DNA from: Eledone cirrhosa
Lineage: Eukaryota
Length of the DNA: 64,000 bases
Reading direction: 5' to 3'
NCBI GenBank assembly: GCA_964016885.1
Contig: OZ024741.1
Coordinates: 219,666,001 to 219,730,000, forward strand
Shown here: positions 45,788 to 63,540 of the stretch, one piece after another
How the letters are laid out: each line of letters starts with the position of its first letter
Position numbering within the stretch: the first letter of the stretch is position 1
Made by a program: the position numbers and the translations under genes
The notes under the pieces: model-generated
Seen by the model: the letters and a program-made list of their open reading frames with translations, nothing else
Told to the model about the DNA's origin: nothing
The model's database searches: none

Positions 45788-46552
45788 TAACAACATCAGA
45801 GACTTGGGAGTAACCGTGGACAGCAACATAAGCTGGGCCACGCATATAAGCAGCAAAGTTGACATGGCCCGCAGAATGTGTTCCTGGATCCTCAGAACCT
45901 TCCAGTCGAGAGATTCCCACACCATTATCCTTCTCTTCTCTACTTTTGCCCGACCACACCTTGAATACTGTTGTCCACTGTGGTCTCCCCACACGAAACA
46001 AAGTATCATGAAACTTGAAGCTCCTCAAAGGGCAATCACGAAAAAGTTAGATGGCATGTCAGACCTTGACTACTGGGGTCGACTAGAAAACCTGAAACTT
46101 TACTCACTCCAACGTCGCCGTGAGCGTTATATTATCTGCATGATGTGGAAAATGTTCCATCATCACTGCCCAAATGATGTTGGCATCGCCTTCAAGATAC
46201 ACCCAAGGCTTGGGCCCCGTGCTATCCGTCCCATTCAAAAATCTAAATCGCAACTCATAACAACAATACGGCACAATTATTTCACCTTAATCGGCCCTGC
46301 TCTCTTCAACATCACACCAGGACACGTCAAAACAGAAACTGACCACACAAAATTCAAGAAGTCTTTGGACAAATTCCTCCAAGTAATCCCGGACAAACCA
46401 CCCACACCCGGATATGTCTCCGCAAACAGTAATTCTCTTCTCGAATGGGCCATGGTGCCCAAATCGTGAATTGAAAGACTTCGCCAGGTGGTGCTATTAA
46501 GACATGGCCTGGGCCAATACTGGCCAAAACATTTCAAAGTTATTCAAAGTTA
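45784..46552 (+). mobile_element. CR1 3' fragment, near-identical inverted copy of 41991-42763
   Basis: Translation differs at about one residue (FTL vs FTS); same tail. Confidence 0.93.
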
Positions 46553-46567
46553 TATATATGTATACAT

Positions 46568-46636
<69 letters not shown>

Positions 46637-46653
46637 TATATAAATATATATAA

Positions 46654-46795
<142 letters not shown>

Positions 46796-46972
46796 ATATA
46801 TATATATATACACATATATATATATATACATATATATATGTATAAATATATATATATACATATATATAAATATATACACATATATATGTATATATGTATA
46901 TATATGTATATATATATATATGTATATATATGTATATATATATAAATGTGTATATATATATATGTATATATA

Positions 46973-47059
<87 letters not shown>

Positions 47060-47447
47060 GTGTGTGTGTATATATATATACCTATATATATATATATGTA
47101 TTGATCAGGTGAGTCTAAAGGCAGCTAATGACCCGAACTCGCTACCTAACTATGGAAACCTCTTGTTGAGTCAAACAACGCCGTACCTTAAAACTATCCA
47201 CAATACAGAGTACTCACAACCTCTAACTGGATTACCTATAACGATAACTTGTTATGCCATATATATATATATTTATTTATTAAAATAATAGATTAAAGTT
47301 GAAGCAAACAATTATTGCTTTCACGCTTAACGAGATCTTCCCAAACTCATTTCATAAATAATTGCACTAGGGTTCTTATATATTTGATATATATTTATCC
47401 TTCTGGAGCCCTCTTTGGATTTTCGTCTTGTAATTTATTATTATTAC

Positions 47448-47479
<32 letters not shown>

Positions 47480-47522
47480 TATATATATATATATCAATAA
47501 AGTAATACTGTTTGTTACATAA

Positions 47523-47592
<70 letters not shown>

Positions 47593-47851
47593 TATATATA
47601 TAAGATCAAAAGATTGTTAAAAGAGTGGTTAAAAGAGTTCCATGTATTTTATCATATATATTATGTATATTTGATCTCATATATTATGTATACTCCAGTC
47701 CTACAAACTGTAGAGTGCTTCTTATCCGATATCTGCATTGCTTTATTGTACTACAATAAAACTCACCTCCTACATATATAAGTATATATATCTATATATC
47801 AGCTTGATCACCTTGACCGACCAGTCTGACGACGCAATCCCACTACGCGCG

Positions 47852-47899
<48 letters not shown>

Positions 47900-48088
47900 A
47901 CGACTGAATGAAGATTAACACGGATAAGATATACAATAAGGTTTTATTCCAAGCAGTAACATGTTTCATTGTCGAGTGTGTAATCGATTGCGTCTTAAAA
48001 TCGCTATCTACAATGTTATTGTGAAATTCGGTTTTAAATACTGCTAATAGCAGGTAAGTTATCAAAACCTAATACCTCGTTTACTTTG

Positions 48089-48114
<26 letters not shown>

Positions 48115-48119
<5 letters not shown>

Positions 48120-48475
48120 GCCAAGACTGGAAATGAAACATCACCACAGTTGAGGTATGTCATACATCAATTTATATATTTTATCTGATGAGGACGTACT
48201 GAAAAAACAGCACAGTACCTCCGAAATATATATAATAAAATATATTTTGATTACGTTGAATATTTATTAATATTTTGAATTAATATTATATATATATAAC
48301 CAAACGTTAAACAAGGTTCATTGATTAATCAATAAATATAGTTTTACAATAGATTAGAAGCACTCAACAGCAAGTTTTCTGGAGTTATTAATATTAATTC
48401 AAAATATTAATAAATATTCAACGTAATCAAAATATATTTTATTATACATATTTCGGAGGTACTGTGTTGTTTTTG
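48115..48475. mobile_element. Family B HHR element (HHR 48174-48244 +) with a partial inverted copy at about 48390-48475
   Basis: Matches 8590-8760; inverted arm tttcggaggtactgtg. Confidence 0.8.
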
Positions 48476-49249
<774 letters not shown>

Positions 49250-49738
49250 ATAAGCATATGAAGGAGTTCAACAGACACCAATTTTGCTCGTTGAAGGGAT
49301 TAATAAGAATTAATTATTCAGAGCATAATACAAATTATAGTTGGGAAAAAATAGGATACAGAAACAATTCTCTATTTACTCAGAGCGACCCTACAGCAGT
49401 TTCATTGGACTCCCTCACATGTCTATGTTAGTGTATATATGTATATATCTGCGGTATATTTGTTAATTACTCCCTTACGGTCGAGAATATGGCTGAATCT
49501 GACTGCTATATTTAGCAGCCGTTTCACTTGCCATTTTCCACATACTTCTGCCCCTCTGTAGGACGCCTATTATGTGATAATTCTCCCGTTCTAAGTTATC
49601 GCTGGTAACGGATAACTCAGCTGAATTGCTTATCGTTTGAAAATATCTCTGATGATTTCAGATTTTCATAGCCCAAAATGCTTCGAGGATTTCATTTCTG
49701 GCGGTGATCACTGTAGACATTTTAGTCCAAACTTGAGG

Positions 49739-49826
49739 AGTCTCTTGATAAGCACGAAGCCTCATGGATAATACCAGGATCGGATATATCCATAAAGAAC
49801 GAGCGAAACTGTCGACAGTCGGGACT
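49739..49826 (+). ncRNA. Hammerhead ribozyme, U3-A8 variant
   Basis: agtctc-TTGATAA-gcacg..cgagc-GAAA-ctgtcgacag-TC-gggact; palindromic stem III. Confidence 0.75.
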
Positions 49827-50119
49827 AGAGGAATTTTGGTAAAGTTTATATGCATTTTTTCTTCTAACTTATATTTTAGACGTAGCTCCCTTTAATTGAT
49901 TATTTGTCTAGTTAATTTCTACGGGTTAAAAGGAATGACTAGATAAATTTTATCTGACTGTTCTTCGCGGAAAATAGTCTGTATCATTTGTCTATTATTT
50001 CTTCATAGTTACATTTTAAACTTATAGCCTCGTTTAAATGATTATTTATATGATTAATTTCTACGGACTAGGGAGAGGAAAGACTGTATATATTTTATCT
50101 AATAGTTCTTCAAACTTGC

Positions 50120-53171
<3,052 letters not shown>

Positions 53172-53238
53172 GAATACTGTTGGCTTCTTGCTACAATAAT
53201 TTCTATACTTTTCATTTATATATATATATATATATACA

Positions 53239-53280
<42 letters not shown>

Positions 53281-53736
53281 TCCTGCTGAGCAGCCTAATT
53301 TGCATATTGAGCGAGTTAAACTGCTCAGCCGTTAATTTTCATAAGGAAAGTATATACTTTCGAACGTTCAACTATCTGGCAGATGGGTAAACGGTGCTGA
53401 TGATAGCTAACAAGCTTGAAACTAGTACATCGTTCCTGTGTCAGTGTTGAACAAAAAGGTGACGTGGTTGCCTTAACACCGTATGGCATAAATTCAGGCT
53501 GTTCAGTTTGTTTACAAACGAACAAAGCGACGTTATAATAAGCGCCGCTAAACTGATACGTGCATATATGTATGTGTACCTGTATGCATATGTATATATA
53601 TATGTATATATATATATATATATGTGTGCATGCTACTGTACGTCTGTATACATATATGTATGTACGTATACATGCATACTTACATTTAAGTAAGTGCCAT
53701 ACTAAGAGTGAGAAATGAAATTTCGTTTTCATTTTG

Positions 53737-53810
<74 letters not shown>

Positions 53811-53963
53811 GTGTGTGTGTGAGTGTGTGTGTGTGTGTATGTGTGTGTGTATAATTAGATAGAAGGGTAGATAAATCCATTAAAACCGTAAATATAGCCG
53901 GTATTTTAGACAGTACATAAATATGGCCTTATCCGTGATGGTGGGGAGTAGACGTGAACGCAC

Positions 53964-54120
53964 GACATATGTCTTTTGGTCTCCATTGAACGACCACTCC
54001 TTCCTCTCTGCACTCTTCAGAGTATCTTTCAAATACTTTACACATCACTTCATTTTGGAGTGATTCATTTGCCGAACAGATTTCATTACTACACACTTTA
54101 ATCCAACTTTCTGTCTCAAC
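53964..54120 (-). CDS. Host gene exon, C8 domain (phase 0 to 1)
   Basis: ttttctttctcttcaattAG|VETESWIKVCSNEICSANESLQNEVMCKVFERYSEECREEGVVVQWRPKDIC|GTgcgt; C8-type Cys spacing and WR..C. Confidence 0.9.
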
Positions 54121-54296
54121 CTAATTGAAGAGAAAGAAAAAGACCACCAAATAAATAAATATAATACTTAAATATGTTTTAATATACAAAACAATATTTT
54201 TAATCATCTTAACAGCGCAGTAAATAAATAAATATGGTACAATAATTCACCATGTATATGCACACACATAGATATATAAGCACAAATATATATATA

Positions 54297-54370
<74 letters not shown>

Positions 54371-55129
54371 TACGGCACAATTATTTCACCTCAACTGTCC
54401 CGCTTTCTTTAATATTACACCAAAAACACATTAAAAGAGAAACAGATCCCATAAAATTCAAAACGTCTTTAGACAGTATTTTTTAAAGATTAATATTATA
54501 TTTATAAATTAAAACAAAACGATATGGGAGAAAACAAAGACAAATAATAAGAGGTGGAGAGAGAGGGGCGGGGGAGAAAGAGAGAGAGAGAGTGTGTGTG
54601 AGAGAGAGAGGGGAGAGAGAGAGAAAGAAAGAGAGTGTGTGTGAGGGAGCGAGAAAGAAAGAGTGTATGAGAGAGAGCGAGAGAAAGAGGCAAACTCTAC
54701 ATCTTTGCCTGGATGGCATACTTCAGCTGCATCCAGCAAAAGTATTGCCGCTAAGAATAGCCAGCGTCATCCGTTGTATCAGCCATTCCACCCCCACGAG
54801 CACCTTCCATGTGAGATACCCTGTCTCCGATTTGGCAGAGAAAAAGGTTTGTCTGAGGAAGAAGGACACAGGAGGATTCAATAGTGACTGGCATAAAAAA
54901 GAATTGGATGGCCAACGCCAATATTTAAGGATATGTTTGACTACCATACCGTTAAAAACATTTAGAAACCTCGTTCTTAACCTTTAGAGATTTCCTCTAT
55001 CTTTCACAGAGAAATTTCAAGAACCCAAGGAGATTTGGATATTTAATTAGGAAAATAATTTTTAAAGTAATAAAGTTCTTTATTATCTTTTTTGCTGGGC
55101 TAAGTTTCCTTATTGCTGGTGTTAAGAAT

Positions 55130-58100
55130 GCGAAGTTAATATAAGTCTGTTAATGTTATGTAATAAACTGTGTTGTATATAAGACTACTAATATTAAGTT
55201 AATATAAACCTGTTAATGTTATGTAATAAACTGTGTTGTATATAAGACTACTATTATTAAGTTATTATAAAGCTGTTAATGTTATGTAATAAACTGTGTT
55301 GTATATAAGACTACTACTATTAAGTTAATATAAACCTGTTAATGTTATGTAATAAACTGTGTTGTATATAAGACTACTAATATTAAGTTAATATAAACCT
55401 CTTAATGTTATGTAATAAACTGTGTTGTATATAAGACTACTACTATTAAGTTAATATAAACCTGTTAATGTTATATAATAAACAGTGTTGTATATAAGAC
55501 TACTAATATTAAGTTAATATAAACCTGTTAATGTTATGTAATAAACTGTGTTGTATATAAGACTACTAATATTAAGTTAATATAAACCTGTTAATGTTAT
55601 GTAATACACTGTGTTGTATATAAGACTACTAATATTAAGTTAATATAAACCTGTTAATGTTATGTAATACACTGTGTTGTATATAATACTACTACTATTA
55701 AGTTAATATAAACCTGTTAATGTTATGTAATAAACTGTGTTCTATATAAGACTACTAATATTAAGTTAATATAAATCTGTTAATGTTATGTAATAAACTG
55801 TGTTGTATATAAGACTACTAATATTAAGTTAATATAAACCTGTTAATGTTATGTAATAAACTGTGTTGTATATAAAACTACTACTATTAAGTTAATATAA
55901 ACCTGTTAATGTTATGTAATAAACTGTGTTGTATATAAGACTACTAATATTAAGTTAATATAAACCTGTTAATGTTATGTAATACACTGTGTTGTATATA
56001 AGACTACTACTATTAAGTTAATATAAACCTGTTAATGTTATGTAATACACTGTGTTGTATATAAGACTACTACTATTAAGTTAATATAAACCTGTTAATG
56101 TTATGTAATAAACTGTGTTCTATATAAGACTACTAATATTAAGTTAATATAAACCTCTTAATGTTATGTAGTAAAATGTGTTGTATATAAGACTACTAAT
56201 ATTAAGTTAATATAAACCTGTTAATGTTATGTAATAAACTGTGTTGTATATAAGACTACTATTATTAAGTTAATATAAAGCTGTTAATGTTATGTAATAA
56301 ACTGTGTTGTATATAAGACTACTACTATTAAGTTAATATAAACCTGTTAATGTTATGTAATAAACTGTGTTGTATATAAGACTACTAATATTAAGTTAAT
56401 ATAAACCTCTTAATGTTATGTAATAAACTGTGTTGTATATAAGACTACTACTATTAAGTTAATATAAACCTGTTAATGTTATATAATAAACAGTGTTGTA
56501 TATAAGACTACTAATATTAAGTTAATATAAACCTGTTAATGTTATGTAATAAACTGTGTTGTATATAAGACTACTAATATTAAGTTAATATAAACCTGTT
56601 AATGTTATGTAATACACTGTGTTGTATATAAGACTACTAATATTAAGTTAATATAAACCTGTTAATGTTATGTAATACACGGTGTTGTATATAATACTAC
56701 TACTATTAAGTTAATATAAACCTGTTAATGTTATGTAATAAACTGTGTTCTATATAAGACTACTAATATTAAGTTAATATAAATCTGTTAATGTTATGTA
56801 ATAAACTGTGTTGTATATAAGACTACTAATATTAAGTTAATATAAACCTGTTAATGTTATGTAATAAACTGTGTTGTATATAAAACTACTACTATTAAGT
56901 TAATATAAACCTGTTAATGTTATGTAATAAACTGTGTTGTATATAAGACTACTAATATTAAGTTAATATAAACCTGTTAATGTTATGTAATACACTGTGT
57001 TGTATATAAGACTACTACTATTAAGTTAATATAAACCTGTTAATGTTATGTAATACACTGTGTTGTATATAAGACTACTACTATTAAGTTAATATAAACC
57101 TGTTAATGTTATGTAATAAACTGTGTTGTATATAAGACTACTAATATTAAGTTAATATAAACCTGTTAATGTTATGTAATACACTGTGTTGTATATAAGA
57201 CTACTAATATTAAGTTAATATAAACCTGTTAATGTTATGTAATACACTGTGTTGTATATAAGACTACTACTATTAAGTTAATATAAACCTGTTAATGTTA
57301 TATAATAAACAGTGTTGTATATAAGACTACTAATATTAAGTTAATATAAACCTGTTAATGTTATGTAATAAACTGTGTTGTATATAAGACTACTAATATT
57401 AAGTTAATATAAACCTGTTAATGTTATGTAATACACTGTGTTGTATATAAGACTACTAATATTAAGTTAATATAAACCTGTTAATGTTATGTAATACACT
57501 GTGTTGTATATAATACTACTACTATTAAGTTAATATAAACCTGTTAATGTTATGTAATAAACTGTGTTGTATATAAGACTACTAATATTAAGTTAATATA
57601 AACCTGTTAATGTTATGTAATAAACTGTGTTGTATATAAAACTACTACTATTAAGTTAATATAAACCTGTTAATGTTATGTAATAAACTGTGTTGTATAT
57701 AAGACTACTAATATTAAGTTAATATAAACCTGTTAATGTTATGTAATACACTGTGTTGTATATAAGACTACTACTATTAAGTTAATATAAACCTGATAAT
57801 GTTATGTAATACACTGTGTTGTATATAAGACTACTACTATTAAGTTAATATAAACCTGTTAATGTTATGTAATAAACTGTGTTCTATATAAGACTACTAA
57901 TATTAAGTTAATATAAACCTCTTAATGTTATGTAGTAAAATGTGTTGTATATAAGACTACTAATATTAAGTTAATATAAACCTGTTAATGTTATGTAATA
58001 AACTGTGTTGTATATAAGACTACTAATATTAAGTTAATATAAACCTGTTAATGTTATGTAATAAACTGTGTTCTATATAAGACTACTAATATTAAGTTAA

Positions 58101-58570
58101 TATAAATCTGCTAATGTTATGTAATAAACTGTGTTGTATATAAGACTACTAATATTAAGTTAATATAAACCTGTTAATGTTATGTAATAAACTGTGTTGT
58201 ATATAAAACTACTACTATTAAGTTAATATAAACCTGTTAATGTTATGTAATAAACAGTGTTGTATATAAGACTACTAATATTAAGTTAATATAAACCTGT
58301 TAATGTTATGTAATAAACTGTGTTGTATATAAGACTACTAATATTAAGTTAATATAAACCTGTTAATGTTATGTAATAAACTGTGTTGTATATAAGACTA
58401 CTACTATTAAGTTAATATAAGTCTGTTAATGTTATGTAATAAACTGTGTTGTATATAAGACTATTAATATTAAATTAATTGAAACCTGTTAATATTATGT
58501 AATAAACTGTGTTGTATATAAGTCTACATATATTAAAGTAATAGAAGTCTGTTAATGTTATGTAATACAT
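55130..58570. repeat. 63-bp AT-rich satellite, about 54 copies
   Basis: Unit aatgttatgtaataaactgtgttgtatataagactactaatattaagttaatataaacctgtt. Confidence 0.97.
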
Positions 58571-58710
58571 TATTAGCAGGTATGGGTCTATAATTTGTAA
58601 ACGATATGTGGGTGGGAGTACGGGTGGGGAATGGGTAAAAGAGGCAGGGTTGATATAGAACATGGTTAACATTGATCTAAATGAAAAATTTAGAAAATCT
58701 ATTTACTAAC

Positions 58711-58824
58711 CAATGAACGACAAGGTTGAACTTCAGTTGATTGTAAATAGGAACACTTTATGGCGGCAACATCTTTCAAAGGATTATTTTTGCAAAAATC
58801 TGGAATACTGAATGATGGATCGCA
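58711..58824 (-). CDS. Host gene exon, start of C8 region (phase 0 to 0)
   Basis: attttcAG|CDPSFSIPDFCKNNPLKDVAAIKCSYLQSTEVQPCRSL|GTtagt; 114 bp. Confidence 0.85.
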
Positions 58825-58859
58825 CTGAAAATATATGTTGAAAATAGGGTAGGTGGCTA

Positions 58860-59335
58860 TTGTTGTTGTTGATGGTGGTGGTGGTGGTGGTGGTGGTGGT
58901 GATGGTGGTGGCCATTGTTGTTGTTGTTGGTGGTGGTGGAGGTGGTGGTGGTGATGGTGGTGATGGTGGTGGCCATTGCTGTTGTTGATGGTGGTGGTGG
59001 TGGTGGTGATGGTGGTGGTCATTGCTATTGTTGATGGTGGTGGTGGTGGTGGTAGTGGTGGTGGTGATGGTCATTGCTGTTGTTGATGGTGGTGGCGGTG
59101 GTGGTGGTGGTGATGGTGGTGGTCATTGCTGTTGTTGATGGTGGTGGTGGTGGTGGTGGTGATGGTGATGGTGGTGGTGGTGGTGGTAGTGATGGTGGTG
59201 GTCATTGCTGTTGTTGATGGTGGTGGTGGTGGTGTTGTTGGCGTTGTTGGTGGTGGTGGTGTTGTTGGCGTTGTTGTTGGTGGTGGTGTTGTTGGCGTTG
59301 TTGTTGGTGGTGGTGGTATTGTTGGCGTTGTTGCT
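58860..59335. repeat. Compound (GGT)n/(GTT)n trinucleotide repeat
   Basis: Direct reading. Confidence 0.95.
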
Positions 59336-59453
59336 GTATGTCAATATGGCACCCCTACGCCTCCTCCGGGAGTTACGGAGCCATAACATACACTAATTAA
59401 TTCCGCTTTATACGTTCTGAGGTCAAATCCAGATAGAGGGCTATACTGCTTGT

Positions 59454-60064
59454 TACACGGGGTGGGCTGCAAAGTTCATAGGCTGACTATGAAGGAGTGA
59501 TGTTAGGGCTGCGAAATCTTGCGTGCATTAATTTCAGCTCTTCTTATTAATAGCAGCATTGTTTCTTTCCAGGGATTATGTTGAAAAATAAACCTCATTT
59601 GGTCATTCCATTAGAGTATCTTGGTCAGCCTAGTGATGCTAGGGCTGTGAAATCTTGCGTGCATTAATTTCAACTCTTCTTATTAATAGCAGCATTGTTT
59701 CTTTCCAGGGACCATGTTGAAAAATAAACCTCATTTGGTCATTCCATTAGAGTATCTTGGTCAGCCTAGTGATGCTAGAGCTGTGAAATCTTGCGTGCAT
59801 TAATTTCAACTCTTCTTATTGATAGCAGCATTGTTTCTTTCCAGGGACCATGTTGAAAAATAAACCTCATTTGGTCATTCCATTAGAGTATCTTGGTCAG
59901 CCTAGTGATGCTAGAGCTGTGAAATCTTGCGTGCATTAATCACAACTCTTCTTATTAATAGCAGCATTGTTTCTTTCCAGGGATTATGTTGAAAAATAAA
60001 CCTCATTTGGTTATTCCATGAGAGTATCTTGGTCAGCCTATGAACTTTCCAGCCTATCCTCGTA
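59454..60064. mobile_element. Tc1/mariner-type MITE with internal 136-bp x4 tandem array
   Basis: Imperfect TIRs gggtgggctgcaaagttcataggctgac / gtcagcctatgaactttccagcctatcctcg with TA ends; units start at 59497, 59633, 59769, 59905. Confidence 0.8.
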
Positions 60065-60279
60065 CATCAGGAATCGATATAATATAAATAACAGACGAAG
60101 TATTGGAGTGGAAACATTTCATGAGAGGGAAATATGAAATTGTCGTTCAATGACAATAAACTGATTGGTTCAGTTAACATCTCTATCAGGGAAATAAACA
60201 ACAACAACAACAATAACAACAACAACAACAACAGCAGCAACAAATAAAAACAAAGGAAGATAACTCCAAAATGACAATA

Positions 60280-60710
60280 TTGTTAATATTATGTAATAAA
60301 CTATGTTGTATATAAGAGTACTGGTATTAAATTAGTATAAATATGTTGATGTTATGTAATAAATAGTGTTGTATATAAGACTACTAATATTAAATTAACA
60401 TAAACCTGTTAATGTTATGTAATAAACTATGTTGTATATAAGACTACTAATATTAAATTAATATAAACCTGTTAATGTTATGTAATAAACTATGTTGTAT
60501 ATAAGACTACTAATATTAAATTAATATAAACCTGTTAATGTTATGTAATAAATTGTGTTGTTAATATTAAGTTAATATAAATCTGTTAATGTTATGTAAT
60601 AAACTGTGCTGTATATAAGACTACTAATAGTAAATTAATATAAATCTGTTAATGTTATGTAATAAACTGTGTTGTGTATAAGACTACTAATGTTAAGTTA
60701 ATATAATGTT
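60280..60710. repeat. Second, more diverged block of the 63-bp satellite
   Basis: About 7 units. Confidence 0.9.
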
Positions 60711-60939
60711 TGGGTACAAAAGCTGCGAGGATATTCGTTTCTACTTTTGGCACAAGGCCAGCAATTATTCCAGTACATTACTGGTACTTTATTTTATCGA
60801 CCCTGCAAAGATGAAAGGCAAAGTTTACTTCGGCGGGATTTGAATTCAGAATGACAAGGGCCGTAACTCTATGCGTCAAAGCATGGCGTCCGACCCTCTA
60901 CTGATACTGCCAAGTTGTTGGTCTTATTTTTCAACTCAC

Positions 60940-61022
60940 CTTGGTATTGGTTTGTACGAGGTAAGTATTGGCGAAATCATTGCTATTTTTCATGATTTTA
61001 CCTGACAGTGATTGAAAATCGT
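60940..61022 (-). CDS. Host gene exon, VWD C-terminal segment (phase 1 to 0)
   Basis: tcttctAG|DDFQSLSGKIMKNSNDFANTYLVQTNTK|GTgagt; 83 bp; phases match both neighbours. Confidence 0.88.
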
Positions 61023-61058
61023 CTAGAAGATAAGAAAAAGATCAATTTAAATCAATTA

Positions 61059-61080
61059 TCTATATATCTAAAACAGAAAA

Positions 61081-61113
<33 letters not shown>

Positions 61114-61780
61114 GACTCCCTAAAACTCGAGAAACATCCAACCGATTCTTTTCAAACTTTACACATGTAATACTTATGGTCCTATGAGTGTTTTGAGTAA
61201 AAACTATTTCAAATTTTCAATGCCCCAGGGACCGCATTAGGCGATTTAGCGATCTCTCTCTATAGTTCTTAGTCTTTCTTTTTAGATAGATACATAGATA
61301 AACGTCACGCCCTTATAATATCTGTCTGTATATCTGACTATCTGCATTACGACATTATGACGCTATGTGTGTGTGTGTATATATGTATATATATAGTGTG
61401 TGTATATATATATATATAGTGTGTAACGTTTTTCGAAATATTTACTTCTGCGTTCACAGATTGATTTTTTAGTTTCAGAAGATCCTGTTAAGGGTGAAAG
61501 CAGCGATTCTTCGCTTAAACTTTAATCTGTTATTTTAATATGTATATATATATATATAATTATATATTCGTGTACAGATATGTTTGCATACACAATGACA
61601 AAATATAAACAAACGTATTTATTTCGCGATAAAGTATTGATTTTCATCGTACGGAAAAAACCCCTGGTAATCTACGACGAATTTTTTTTATTCCGTACTT
61701 CTCTGTTCTGTTTCAGAAAGGAGGGATAAACATGCCAATCTATGTTTAGAATCCTGAGTAACGCCGGGCCATTCTGCTAG
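61059..61780 (+). mobile_element. Non-autonomous Helitron
   Basis: A|TCtatata start, (TGTC)n near the 5' end, imperfect subterminal hairpin cctgagtaacgccggg, CTAG|T end. Confidence 0.8.
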
Positions 61781-62098
61781 TATATTGTAAAATTATGTCT
61801 TTTAGAAGATCAAATGTTTGTACATTAGTTCTTTCTAACTTTGACACAAGACGAACAATTTTTTTTTTTTTGGAGGGGGGGGGGGGGTTTGATTCTTATC
61901 GATTCCTGTACTTAACTGCTACTTTATTTCACTGACCCTGGGTGGATGAAAGGCAAATTTGTCCTTGACGGGATTTGTACTCGTAACATAGAAAGCTGTA
62001 TCTAAATACATAATAATAATTTTGTGCGACGCTCTACCGATACTGTCACTCTACCACTTTTGTATGCAGAGTAATTATTTATAAAATGTGAGTCGACT

Positions 62099-62277
62099 TT
62101 GGCAGTATCAGTAGAGGGTCGAACGCCATGCTTTGCAGCAAGGAGTTACGGCCCTTGTCATTCTGAATTCAAATCCCGCCGAAGTAAACTTCGCCTTTCA
62201 TCCTTACGTGGTCGATAAAATAAAGTACCAGTAATGCACTGGGATAATTGCTGGCTTTGTGCCGAAAGTAGAAACAA
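62099..62277 (+). mobile_element. Nin-type SINE, inverted relative to 60738-60913
   Basis: aattcaaatcccgccgaagtaaacttcgcctttcatcc..gtcgataaaataaagtaccag. Confidence 0.8.
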
Positions 62278-63372
62278 TTATATTACATCATTGATACTTC
62301 TGATTGAAATGTTTAGGGATTTTACATGCAGGCAGGCTCCCTTAACTCCTGATAGAGTCGTAGGTGCGCCGTAATAATATACGACGTTTCTAGTGTATTT
62401 TAGAACTTGGCAGAGCCTTTCTCCTCTCCACATCTGGATACAGTAGATTTCTTCCAGAAAAAGGATTGAAAGGATGAGAAAATGGAAGTGACAAAGAAAT
62501 ACAGAGGAAGAATCGACCCCAGTACGAGACTGGTTCATTTTTATCGACCTGGAATGGATGAAAAGCAAAGTTGACATCGCAGGTTTTCAACTCAGAGAAC
62601 AGAGAGTTGAAACGAATACAACAAAGCATTCTATCTGACGTTCTAACGACTGCCAATCCGCCACCTTCAGGGATTTTACAATAAACTTAACACATGGAGA
62701 TTTACATTGCGTGATTTCAAATTCTACCTTTCCATAGTCTTAACTATATTCAACTGCACGTAACAATGTACAGAATATGAAGATTGACTAAGGCGTCTTA
62801 TTAAATTCTTTAGTATTTAATATGCCCTGACTTCAATTCCTACCGAGGTCAATTTTGCTTTCCAGTCTTTTAGGGCCGATAAAGTAAACTACCAATTCAA
62901 TGGCCGACACTAACCAGCTTTGGAAAGAACAATGGAAATATTGTTTCTTTGAACACATCTGACAATCGGCTCCCTTCTTTTACTCTCTAATGAAGTAGAG
63001 GTAGAAGTAGAGACTCCCTTTGGTTATGAATGACCATGGGATTTGCACCGAGAAAGTTCCCTTCCGAGGCATAAAATCCGGGCAAAGATTTTATGGAAAA
63101 CCAGCAGGCCCCTATGCATACCAGTCTCCCTTCTCTACGCTACTGATGTTGCCCAAGGGAAAGGAGAAGGCCCATACAGTTTGACAACAGTGACGGTGCA
63201 ATTCATTTCTACAGCTAAGAGAACTGGAACAGCATGATATGAAGTGTGTTGCTCAAAGACACAACGCATCACTCGGTCTGGGAATCGAACTCACAGGATC
63301 ACGTTGGAAACCAAATGCGCTAACAATTAATTAATGCACCTTCAGATTGTAATGAAGTAACATAAAACTTAC

Positions 63373-63540
63373 CAGAGGAGTCGTAATTATAGTTTCCACA
63401 CAATCCTTTAAGGAGGCTACATTTGCTGTGGGTTTCGGTCAAGGTCAAATAAACCGACGCCGCACATCCCATCTTCATTCTTATTCCTAAAGGTTGGTTG
63501 TCAATTCGAATCATTCCATTTTCCTGCGTGATGGTCACAC
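63373..63540 (-). CDS. Host gene exon, von Willebrand factor type D domain (phase 1 to 1)
   Basis: aaacAG|VTITQENGMIRIDNQPLGIRMKMGCAASVYLTLTETHSKCSLLKGLCGNYNYDSS|GTaagt; GLCGNYN is the VWD signature; 168 bp. Confidence 0.9.

Noticed and set aside
47950-48060. Plus-strand exon candidate ending CAG|GTAAGT
   Set aside because: The Cys-containing frame has a stop and it is opposite to the host gene; could be non-coding but unsupported.
54700-54950. LIQRMTLAILSGN resembling the C-terminus of RLE-type LINEs
   Set aside because: Single short motif; insufficient support.
58860-59396. Poly-Thr/His/Pro ORFs
   Set aside because: Trinucleotide repeat upstream of the real acceptor at 58825.
55130-60050. 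CRISPR-like arrays
   Set aside because: Head-to-tail repeats with no unique spacers, no cas genes, eukaryotic context.
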